45,917 bases of DNA from a phage. Below, piece after piece: positions 34,700-41,206 of this stretch (positions are counted from its first letter, which is position 1; each line of letters begins with the position of its first letter). The position numbers and the translations under genes are program-made. The stretch lies in the NCBI GenBank assembly GCA_014750165.1, contig GCA_014750165.1_4319.1; one strand, 5' to 3'. The notes beneath the pieces are model-generated. The model worked only from the letters and a program-made list of their open reading frames with translations, was not told where the DNA came from and did no database searches.

Positions 34700-34768
34700 T
34701 ATCTCCTCGTTTTGATGAGTTAACTATATCCTCCATGACCCCCAATGTCTTTGGCAAAAAGTGCTATT
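34700..34768 (-). promoter_or_regulatory. box/-10/leader cassette (T-spacer variant)
   Basis: Minus strand reads AATAGCACTTTTTGCCAAAG, 23 nt, TATAGT (34728..34723), then CTCATCAAAACGAGGAG. Confidence 0.55.
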
Positions 34769-34779
34769 CGTTAGATTTA

Positions 34780-34867
34780 TTGATTGTTGCATATATTGCA
34801 ATGATTATCATGACTATTGCACATATGGCAATATTGCTTCAGATGCAATGATGTTTTTGATTGTTGC
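34780..34867 (+). repeat. iteron-like nested direct repeats
   Basis: TTGATTGTTGC occurs at 34780 and 34857. TGCAATGAT occurs at 34797 and 34844. Several (A/C)TATTGC units lie in a non-coding AT-rich stretch. Confidence 0.5.
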
Positions 34868-35030
34868 GAAAAGTGAAATGAAGTGGTGAGTGAGTGAATG
34901 AAAGATGGATGGACTACCATACAAGTTGATTTTTATTCTTGCTGAGCCATTTTCACGCATACGCGTTATAAAAGTTATGCCTTGTGGATGATGCCACCCT
35001 CCGCAGTAATCGTGCACGCCTATAACGCTG

Positions 35031-35299
35031 AATTACGCAATGGTTACACTATAATATCTATATATAACAACCATTTAGTATAATTATTATTATTATATAT
35101 ATTACTATGTATATCATGTAACCACGCATCCGGCGGGGGTCGATAGTTTTTCTATGAAAATGACATTTTCTATATATATAAGGATAGGCATATACCCTCC
35201 CCGATTTCCGCGGAAATCCATACACAGGCAAATTACATACGCTATAGCTGGGCTGAGGTAGCAAAAAGCGTAACCGGGGCCAATATAAACACGAAATAA
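35031..35299 (+). repeat. control-region repeat, copy B
   Basis: Collinear with 15666..15938. The core is 35031-35122 and the second block is 35233-35299. Confidence 0.8.
35258..35299 (+). pseudogene. remnant of the 5' end of the ORF-15902 homologue
   Basis: GTA GCA AAA AGC GTA ACC GGG GCC AAT ATA AAC ACG AAA TAA aligns codon for codon with ATG CCA AAA AAC GTA ACT AAT GGC AAT ACC TAC ACG GAA at 15902. Confidence 0.5.
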
Positions 35300-35302
35300 C
35301 AC

Positions 35303-35330
35303 TTGATAACGTGTATATGTGTGTTATTAT
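35303..35330 (+). promoter_or_regulatory. sigma70-like promoter for the rightward small-gene operon
   Basis: TTGATA (35303-35308), 16 nt, TATTAT (35325-35330), then a CATCTTAACGAAGGG leader. Confidence 0.5.
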
Positions 35331-35372
35331 GGATTCATCTTAACGAAGGGCAACCAATCAGGAGTAATGAAT

Positions 35373-35891
35373 ATGTCAGAACATAAAGAAGCAGTAAGTC
35401 TCGGTGAGGTGGTTCGTTACATGGCTGGCCAGGCTTTGGCTAGCGATAATAAATCATTTGCGGTTCCATTGCGCATGATCGTACAGCAAGTGTATGGACT
35501 TGATAAAGTGGATATGATGAGGGTGTACGAAGAGGACCTTACGCCTGGTGGTAAGTATCATCTCAAGAAGCTGAAGGCATCATACGTTTCAAACACAGTA
35601 AGCCGCATGCCTGAAATCAAAGCTGCTAACGTCCGGTCCATGTTCTCACTGAAGGACATGGAGTTTAATGAGGAGGAAGTTCGATGTGCGGTAATCTCAC
35701 TTGTGCCAGGCGCTATCAATACCGGGTCGCGTAACAAAGCAGAAGCAGAGAAGGAGGCGGCTATCATTGAAAAATTCAAGAAGCGACTCTTATCCGTTAC
35801 GCCAAGCGTCATTCACTTGAAAGGTGAGGAGCTTCAGGGTGCAATGTTCGCACTGTCCGCATACCAGGAACTTATTAAGGAGACAAAGTAA
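35373..35891 (+). CDS. hypothetical protein
   Basis: ATG 35373 lies 8 nt after AGGAG (track start is GTG 35319, inside the promoter). Confidence 0.6.
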   Translation: MSEHKEAVSLGEVVRYMAGQALASDNKSFAVPLRMIVQQVYGLDKVDMMRVYEEDLTPGGKYHLKKLKASYVSNTVSRMPEIKAANVRSMFSLKDMEFNEEEVRCAVISLVPGAINTGSRNKAEAEKEAAIIEKFKKRLLSVTPSVIHLKGEELQGAMFALSAYQELIKETK

Positions 35892-35907
35892 CAGACTACC
35901 ATACCAC

Positions 35908-35988
35908 TTGCGGTACAGCGAAGAAGATGTGGAGAGGGCGATTGAGTTCTACCGGAAAGCTAAATCACTACTGAATGGTGAATATTAA
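35908..35988 (+). CDS. possible 26-aa ORF (TTG start)
   Basis: Protein-like sequence RYSEEDVERAIEFYRKAKSLLNGEY. Its stop overlaps the next ATG (TAATG). The start is uncertain. Confidence 0.3.
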   Translation: MRYSEEDVERAIEFYRKAKSLLNGEY

Positions 35989-36215
35989 TGCTTATAAAAT
36001 GCGTGTATGCAAGGCAAGCCAATCACCACAACCTTTCAGTTGTAAATGGTGGGATATACTCGGCAAAGCCAATCACTCGCTTTAATGGCTCATACTACAT
36101 CAAGGTTGATGGCAATGAGTACATGGTGAAGACGATAGGTGAAGCTCTTATGATAAAAAGCCTTGGCGTCATAATGGCTAAATTCGAAATCTTTCACAAT
36201 AGCACTAATTGCTAA
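35988..36215 (+). CDS. hypothetical protein ending in NSTNC
   Basis: 75-aa ORF whose C-terminus is encoded by the box. Confidence 0.55.
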   Translation: MLIKCVYARQANHHNLSVVNGGIYSAKPITRFNGSYYIKVDGNEYMVKTIGEALMIKSLGVIMAKFEIFHNSTNC

Positions 36216-36263
36216 ACCCGCTCCGGCAGGTTTTGTTATAGTTGGTTCACACCAAACGAGAGG
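36198..36263 (+). promoter_or_regulatory. box/-10/leader cassette
   Basis: AATAGCACTAATTGCTAAA, 22 nt, TATAGT (36237-36242), then CACACCAAACGAGAGG. Confidence 0.6.
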
Positions 36264-36271
36264 AAGCAAAG

Positions 36272-36463
36272 ATGATTACAATTAACCTATCAGAGGAAAT
36301 GGCTGCCGACCTTCTTGATTCACTAAGCCTGGTTAAAATTCGATACGGAACTTACCACAGAAGCGAATCAGTAAAGGAAGTGGTAAAGCAAGTTAAGCAG
36401 CATGTCGTAGCGGCCAAAATTGAATTGCAGAACACCCCGTACGATTTTAATAAAGGTGAATAA
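36272..36463 (+). CDS. hypothetical protein (MITINLSE paralog 1)
   Basis: ATG 36272 follows GAGGAAG. Confidence 0.55.
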   Translation: MITINLSEEMAADLLDSLSLVKIRYGTYHRSESVKEVVKQVKQHVVAAKIELQNTPYDFNKGE

Positions 36464-36464
36464 G

Positions 36465-36701
36465 ATGATTACGATTAACCTGTCAGAGAAGGATGCAGAG
36501 GTGCTGAAGAGTGGCTGCAATTACCTTCGCTCAATTAAAGCATTCAACGATAATGAAGTTAATAAGAATGTCATTCAACAGATCAACAACCAGCAGTTCG
36601 ACGTTAGTGACTTTGAGAGTTCAAGGCAATACGAGGCGATGAGCGTCAATGCTGCGTACATTGATAAAAAAGTATGGGAAAAGGCGAGAAATAAAAAATG
36701 A
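36465..36701 (+). CDS. hypothetical protein (MITINLSE paralog 2)
   Basis: ATG 36465. Has the same first eight residues as the upstream gene. Confidence 0.55.
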   Translation: MITINLSEKDAEVLKSGCNYLRSIKAFNDNEVNKNVIQQINNQQFDVSDFESSRQYEAMSVNAAYIDKKVWEKARNKK

Positions 36702-36835
36702 TTTACATCCATACTTACTACACTGGGAAGTTTAATAGCGTTAAGCATTCCAGTGTTCACGATAGCTACGAGAGCGCAAAGGCCCAATGGTTGGTTCTTG
36801 GTGGTGATATCAATTCATATAGAGTCGCTGAATAG
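36698..36835 (+). CDS. hypothetical 45-aa protein
   Basis: ATGA overlap at its start, and its stop TAG lies inside the box. Below the ORF-track cutoff. Confidence 0.45.
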   Translation: MIYIHTYYTGKFNSVKHSSVHDSYESAKAQWLVLGGDINSYRVAE

Positions 36836-36897
36836 CACGAATTGCTAAAACAGTATTGGGGTAATTTGGTATAGTTACCCCATCGAAACGAACGAGG
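36831..36897 (+). promoter_or_regulatory. box/-10/leader cassette
   Basis: AATAGCACGAATTGCTAAAA, 22 nt, TATAGT (36870-36875) in the loop of GGGGTAA..TTACCCC, then CATCGAAACGAACGAGG. Confidence 0.6.
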
Positions 36898-36905
36898 AAT
36901 CAGAA

Positions 36906-37118
36906 ATGAAAATTGAAATTATCGACGTGGACTACAGACCAGAGGTAGACGTACTGACTCTTGGTGAGTGTGGATTTGAAGTTGGCGACGTAGTTGAAGT
37001 GTCAGGTCACTACGTTGATGGCAACCTTTTAATCCAGGCTATCCGTGGTACTGAGTTCGTGAGTGTAGGAAATGAAGTAAGCGCAAGCGAGCATGAATAT
37101 AAGGTGGTTGAGGAATGA
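36906..37118 (+). CDS. hypothetical protein
   Basis: 70-aa ORF after the cassette. Confidence 0.55.
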   Translation: MKIEIIDVDYRPEVDVLTLGECGFEVGDVVEVSGHYVDGNLLIQAIRGTEFVSVGNEVSASEHEYKVVEE

Positions 37119-37294
37119 GATTTAGACAAAGCGAGCCTAAGCTCCAGGCTAACCACTTCGATGGCTACTCCACATTCATCATTGCTCAGGCTTGCGGAAT
37201 GCGTGAAGACCCACAGGTTCACACCATCCACTTAACCGAAGAGCAGGCCAGAGAGCTAGCATACGAAATTCTAGAGCAATTGAACCGAATCTAA
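37115..37294 (+). CDS. hypothetical 59-aa protein
   Basis: ATGA overlap with the upstream gene. Below the ORF-track cutoff. Confidence 0.45.
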   Translation: MRFRQSEPKLQANHFDGYSTFIIAQACGMREDPQVHTIHLTEEQARELAYEILEQLNRI

Positions 37295-37345
37295 CGGTCC
37301 TAAAACGCATTCTAACTAACAATAATTTAAGTAAGGTGATTCATC

Positions 37346-37477
37346 ATGGAAGTACAAGAAGGCCCATTAGAGTGGTGTAAGCGAATGCAGGACGAAGCCA
37401 AAACGGGCGAAGAGGCGATGGCTTACTACGAGTTGGCGCAAATTTGGATGGAACGGGAGGGCAAGAGCAATGGTTGA
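37346..37477 (+). CDS. hypothetical 43-aa protein
   Basis: ATG follows AAGGTGA. Overlaps the next ORF by 8 nt. Confidence 0.4.
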   Translation: MEVQEGPLEWCKRMQDEAKTGEEAMAYYELAQIWMEREGKSNG

Positions 37478-37622
37478 CACTTGCATTTATTTTTATGGCC
37501 ATGAATTTATTGATGACTTAATGTACTTTCACGAAAATTATGGCGACACATTCGAATGCGATGGTGACAATCTTGAGGTTCTAGCGACATTCAATAGGGG
37601 TGGCAAAAATGAACTTCACTGA
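37470..37622 (+). CDS. hypothetical 50-aa protein
   Basis: Member of the chain of overlapping small ORFs. Confidence 0.4.
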   Translation: MVDTCIYFYGHEFIDDLMYFHENYGDTFECDGDNLEVLATFNRGGKNELH

Positions 37623-37752
37623 ATATGTAATAGCATGTGAACGACTGGTCTTTGATATGAATACTTTTCACTGGTTCATCATTAAGGATTTAATCAAGCC
37701 TTACAAGCAGGGGGTAACACCTGAGGCTTTTGTTAAGTCATTCTATAAATAA
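37609..37752 (+). CDS. hypothetical 47-aa protein
   Basis: Member of the chain of overlapping small ORFs. Confidence 0.4.
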   Translation: MNFTEYVIACERLVFDMNTFHWFIIKDLIKPYKQGVTPEAFVKSFYK

Positions 37753-37778
37753 TTTAACAAGAAATATAGGAGAGGAAA

Positions 37779-37970
37779 ATGTGGATTAAGTGCAGTGTTC
37801 GGATGCCTGAGCATTTCAGTTATGTTATCATTACAGATGGCGAGCATGTCGAGGTTAAATGGTGGAATGGTGACAAATGGGATTGTTGGGCGGATTGTTG
37901 GGTGGGTAACTCGAATATCTGTAGCGACGATGTTACCCACTGGATGCCGCTACCAGTAGCCCCTAAATAG
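37779..37970 (+). CDS. hypothetical Trp-rich protein
   Basis: 63-aa ORF after AGGAGAGGA. The stop TAG lies inside the box. Confidence 0.55.
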   Translation: MWIKCSVRMPEHFSYVIITDGEHVEVKWWNGDKWDCWADCWVGNSNICSDDVTHWMPLPVAPK

Positions 37971-38032
37971 CAAGAATTGCTAAATGGAGTCGCCACGGAT
38001 GGCATACAATAACCACATCAACACAACGAGAG
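37965..38032 (+). promoter_or_regulatory. box/-10/leader cassette
   Basis: AAATAGCAAGAATTGCTAAA, 22 nt (GCCA-CGGA-TGGC hairpin), TACAAT (38005-38010), then CACATCAACACAACGAGAG. Confidence 0.55.
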
Positions 38033-38040
38033 ATTTAGAA

Positions 38041-38280
38041 ATGTTCGGACTAAATGAAGCGATGTTCAATGCTGTAAAGCGACAGGCTAAAAAGCTCAAC
38101 GATAAGTATGAGTCACTAAGCAAGCTGGACCGCAAGAGTGATAAACTAGTTGCCGGTATCATCACTGAGATTTGGCAGCCTGTTTCCACAGTGATTAGCA
38201 GGGATCGATTTGTGTGGGTAGCTGGTTACTTGCGAGGTCGAGTTGGTCATGATGAGAATGGGAACAGCCTTTATGAGTAA
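38041..38280 (+). CDS. hypothetical protein
   Basis: ATG 38041 follows the leader. The track start 37984 lies inside the cassette. Confidence 0.55.
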   Translation: MFGLNEAMFNAVKRQAKKLNDKYESLSKLDRKSDKLVAGIITEIWQPVSTVISRDRFVWVAGYLRGRVGHDENGNSLYE

Positions 38281-38389
38281 ATTCATTGATTGCGTTATTT
38301 ACATGTGGTTTTTAGCCTTGGCCTCTGCCTCTGGTATGCTAATCATCGCGGCGATTATGATGATGACGGGGTATGTACGAGTGAGCTAA
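38273..38389 (+). CDS. hypothetical 38-aa membrane peptide
   Basis: MSKFIDCVIYMWFLALASASGMLIIAAIMMMTGYVRVS. Overlaps the upstream stop. Confidence 0.4.
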   Translation: MSKFIDCVIYMWFLALASASGMLIIAAIMMMTGYVRVS

Positions 38390-38463
38390 CAATCTGGTTT
38401 ATCGCAGGGATGATTACTTGGGCTTACTTTTTAATCGTTTAGATGGAGATTGTTAAAAAGAGC

Positions 38464-38492
38464 TTGCATTACTGACTGGAAACTTCTAATAT
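38464..38492 (+). promoter_or_regulatory. near-consensus sigma70 promoter
   Basis: TTGCAT (38464-38469), 17 nt, TAATAT (38487-38492). Confidence 0.65.
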
Positions 38493-38499
38493 TAACCAC

Positions 38500-38658
38500 G
38501 TAGGCAAACGAGCCATCCAAGATGGAACGGCGCACGGAGCGCAACTACTAAGTCCGTTGCTCATTAAGTAGCGCATGCGGCATTAAGACCTAGCGCAAAT
38601 ATGCAGATTAACCGGCTGTATCAGGCAGCCCCGGAGCCGTAACCGGGACTCATTCAAA
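38500..38658 (+). ncRNA. candidate structured leader / small RNA upstream of the tRNA
   Basis: No ORF longer than about 13 codons. Hairpins CCATC-caa-GATGG, GCGC-acgga-GCGC, GCAAC..GTTGC, GGCTG..CAGCC and CCCGG..CCGGG. Direct repeat CATTAAG(N0-3)TAGCGCA occurs twice. Confidence 0.35.
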
Positions 38659-38736
38659 GCTCTGCTAGCTCAATTGGATAGCAGCAACGACCTTCTAAGT
38701 CGTAGGTTACTGGTTCGAGGCCAGTGCAGAGCGCCA
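38659..38736 (+). tRNA. tRNA-Arg (anticodon UCU), CCA encoded
   Basis: Acceptor GCTCTGC/GCAGAGC, anticodon stem ACGAC/GTCGT with loop CTTCTAA, T arm ACTGG-TTCGAGG-CCAGT, discriminator G followed by CCA. Confidence 0.9.
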
Positions 38737-38751
38737 ATAAGGGAGTTCATT

Positions 38752-38934
38752 ATGTGGGATGTGAAGTTGTCCATTCGCTTAATGGGCCGCTCATGCAAGA
38801 GTTGCAGTCAAGATTACATCGCGTCAGTTGCCGCAATCAGCGCTGAGGATGCGGTAGCGAAAGTAAAGGAGATGTCGGGCGCTGACCCTGACACTCACAA
38901 ATTCCTGGTAGCTTACGTTCGTGAGCGAAAGTAA
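38752..38934 (+). CDS. hypothetical protein
   Basis: ATG 38752 lies 7 nt after AAGGGAG. The track start 38674 lies inside the tRNA. Confidence 0.55.
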   Translation: MWDVKLSIRLMGRSCKSCSQDYIASVAAISAEDAVAKVKEMSGADPDTHKFLVAYVRERK

Positions 38935-38978
38935 AAAGTGTTATACCCTCGTTAAGTTTCGTTTCTCTCGTTGTTTTT

Positions 38979-39003
38979 ATCCCTCTCTTGAGGGATTTTT
39001 TTC
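38979..39003 (+). terminator. intrinsic terminator
   Basis: ATCCCTC-TCTT-GAGGGAT followed by T7. Confidence 0.75.
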
Positions 39004-39013
39004 GCCTGTAATA

Positions 39014-39022
39014 TGGTATAAT
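39014..39022 (+). promoter_or_regulatory. extended -10 promoter upstream of the terminase genes
   Basis: TGgTATAAT (TATAAT at 39017-39022). No good -35. Confidence 0.5.
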
Positions 39023-39046
39023 CTGACCTCAACAAAGGGGGATTAA

Positions 39047-39553
39047 ATGAGCAAAGCAGCATTAAAGATGGGTGAGGGAAACTTCAAGGCGCTCTACAAC
39101 AAGAAGTATGGCGACATTGCCATGGTGGCAATCAACCGCAAGTACACGCCAGAAGAGGTTTTAGATTTCGCCGTTCGATATTTCTCCTGGGCGGAGAGTG
39201 AGGCAATCAAAGCAATTGAGACAGCAGCATTTCAGGGCGTGGTTAGCGAGAGCTTAGTGCACAAGCCGAGAGTGTTCACATTAACCGGGCTGGCGCTATT
39301 TATGGGTGTTAACATCAATAGATTCGCTCGCTGGCGCACTGAAGCTGGATACTCCGATGTGATGGAATTCATTGATAACGTAATCTACGAGCAGAAATAT
39401 CAGCTTGGCGTTGCAGGTATTATCAACTCTACCATCGTTGGTAAAGAGCTTGGAATTGATAAGCCTCAGGAAATCACCATTAGCAACAACTCTACAGCTA
39501 ACGACGTTGATAGCATGAAGGAAGCTCTGGAATCTGTGATTAGCAAGTTATAA
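39047..39553 (+). CDS. terminase small subunit
   Basis: 168 aa directly upstream of the large subunit. The N-terminal half is HTH-like (LTGLALFMGVNINRFARW). Confidence 0.75.
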   Translation: MSKAALKMGEGNFKALYNKKYGDIAMVAINRKYTPEEVLDFAVRYFSWAESEAIKAIETAAFQGVVSESLVHKPRVFTLTGLALFMGVNINRFARWRTEAGYSDVMEFIDNVIYEQKYQLGVAGIINSTIVGKELGIDKPQEITISNNSTANDVDSMKEALESVISKL

Positions 39554-39571
39554 CAATAAGAGGGTATAACA

Positions 39572-41143
39572 ATGAGTGATTTAATCGTGTGGGATGAACT
39601 TACATACGCAGAAAAGATGGCTATCAAGGCCATCTCTGAGCATAGTTTCGAGGGGTTCTTGCGGTGTTTCTTCCAGATAACGCAGGGTGAGAGATTTAAA
39701 ATGAATTGGCACGCGAAGTACCTTTGCCGCGTCATAGATGAGATTCTTGATGGTAAGAGAAAGGACACCATCATAAACATAGCTCCGGGATCTGCCAAAA
39801 CCGAACTGTTTAGCATCCACTTCCCTGTATATAGCATGATTAAGATTAAGAAGGTTAGAAATCTTAGTTTGTCTTTCTCTGATTCATTGGTGAAGCGCAA
39901 CTCAAAGCGTGTTCGTGACCTGATAAAGTCAAAGGAGTTCCAGGAGCTTTGGCCCTGCAAGTTTGGAACATGCAGGGATGACGAAATTCAAGTGCTGGAT
40001 GAGAATGGTAAAGTTAGGTTTGAGTCTATATCTAAGGCGATGGCGGGGCAGGTGACGGGAAGCAGGGGAGGCTACATGACTGACGATTATAGTGGTTGCA
40101 TAATGCTGGATGACCCACTAAAACCTGATGACGCGCTAAGTAATGTAAGAAGAGAGGCTGTCAACATGCTTCTCAAGAACACAATTCGTTCACGTCGAGC
40201 TAGCTCAGTAAAGGGAAAGGAAACGCCAATACTTGCCGTGCAGCAAAGACTTCATGTCCTGGACACTAGCCACTTCATGGAGTCAGGGCAGATGGGCATC
40301 AAGTTCGACGTAGTGAAAGTTCCAGCCATAGTCACGGAGGATTACGCCGACACGCTCCCTGATTGGATTAAGCAGCAATTTATTGATGATGTTCTTTCGT
40401 CACCATTTGTTGAGAGGGATGGGGTTAAGTATTACAGCTACTTCCCAGCAAAGGAATCAATAGAAGACTTGATGGCAATGCGGGATGCTGACCCTTATAC
40501 ATTCCTAAGTCAGTACGCTCAAGAACCAGTAGCACTTGGCGGCAATCTGATTAACGTGGATTGGTTCCAGCGCCTTAGCGATACATTCAGACCTCCCGCT
40601 AAGTATGATTATCGATTCATCACATGCGATACTGCGATGACCACAAAGAGTTATAGTGACTTCTCTGTACTTCAGTTGTGGGGATATAAGGATGCTAAGA
40701 TTTACCTGATAGACCAGCGCAGAGGTAAATTTGAAGCACCAGAGTTGGAGGCTGAACTACTGGACTTCGAGAAGAAATCAAGGGCAACCAGTCAGTCAGA
40801 TGGCATCCTCCGAAAGATCATCATCGAGAAGAAAGCGTCTGGTATCGGCCTGATTCAATCAGCTGGCAGGGTTATGCGAACACCGATAGAGTCATACGTA
40901 CCGGATAATGACAAGCTAACCAGGGTGATGAGTGCACTACCACAGATTAAGGCTGGTAACGTAGTTCTTCCAGAGTCATCGCCGTGGCTAAACGGATTGC
41001 TCACTGAGGTTGCGGCTTTTACGGCAGATGACTCGCATAAGCACGACGACCAAATTGACTGTCTAACAATGGCGGTAAACCTTGTACTTAACATCGCGGA
41101 TGATCCTAAGGCGAGACTAATGCGCATAGCAGGAATTAAATAG
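39572..41143 (+). CDS. terminase large subunit
   Basis: 523 aa. ATPase motifs (NIAPGSAKTE, IMLDDP) and a C-terminal nuclease region (..HDDQIDC). The stop TAG lies inside the box. Confidence 0.9.
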   Translation: MSDLIVWDELTYAEKMAIKAISEHSFEGFLRCFFQITQGERFKMNWHAKYLCRVIDEILDGKRKDTIINIAPGSAKTELFSIHFPVYSMIKIKKVRNLSLSFSDSLVKRNSKRVRDLIKSKEFQELWPCKFGTCRDDEIQVLDENGKVRFESISKAMAGQVTGSRGGYMTDDYSGCIMLDDPLKPDDALSNVRREAVNMLLKNTIRSRRASSVKGKETPILAVQQRLHVLDTSHFMESGQMGIKFDVVKVPAIVTEDYADTLPDWIKQQFIDDVLSSPFVERDGVKYYSYFPAKESIEDLMAMRDADPYTFLSQYAQEPVALGGNLINVDWFQRLSDTFRPPAKYDYRFITCDTAMTTKSYSDFSVLQLWGYKDAKIYLIDQRRGKFEAPELEAELLDFEKKSRATSQSDGILRKIIIEKKASGIGLIQSAGRVMRTPIESYVPDNDKLTRVMSALPQIKAGNVVLPESSPWLNGLLTEVAAFTADDSHKHDDQIDCLTMAVNLVLNIADDPKARLMRIAGIK

Positions 41144-41206
41144 CACGAATTGCTAAACTAAGTCGCCACGGATGGCGTATAGTTACTTCATCGAAACGAG
41201 AGGAGA
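41140..41206 (+). promoter_or_regulatory. box/-10/leader cassette
   Basis: ATAGCACGAATTGCTAAA, 22 nt (CGCCA-CGGA-TGGCG hairpin), TATAGT (41178-41183), then TCATCGAAACGAGAGGAG. Confidence 0.6.

Noticed and set aside
38674-38751. The 5' extension of ORF 38674..38934.
   Set aside because: It overlaps the tRNA-Arg gene. An RBS-backed ATG at 38752 gives a self-consistent 60-aa ORF.
38940-38975. CTCGTTAAGTTTCGTTTCTCTCGTTG, the reverse complement of a leader-like CGAAAC motif, considered as a remnant minus-strand cassette.
   Set aside because: There is no box, no -10 hexamer and no minus-strand gene nearby. The resemblance rests on a short low-information motif.
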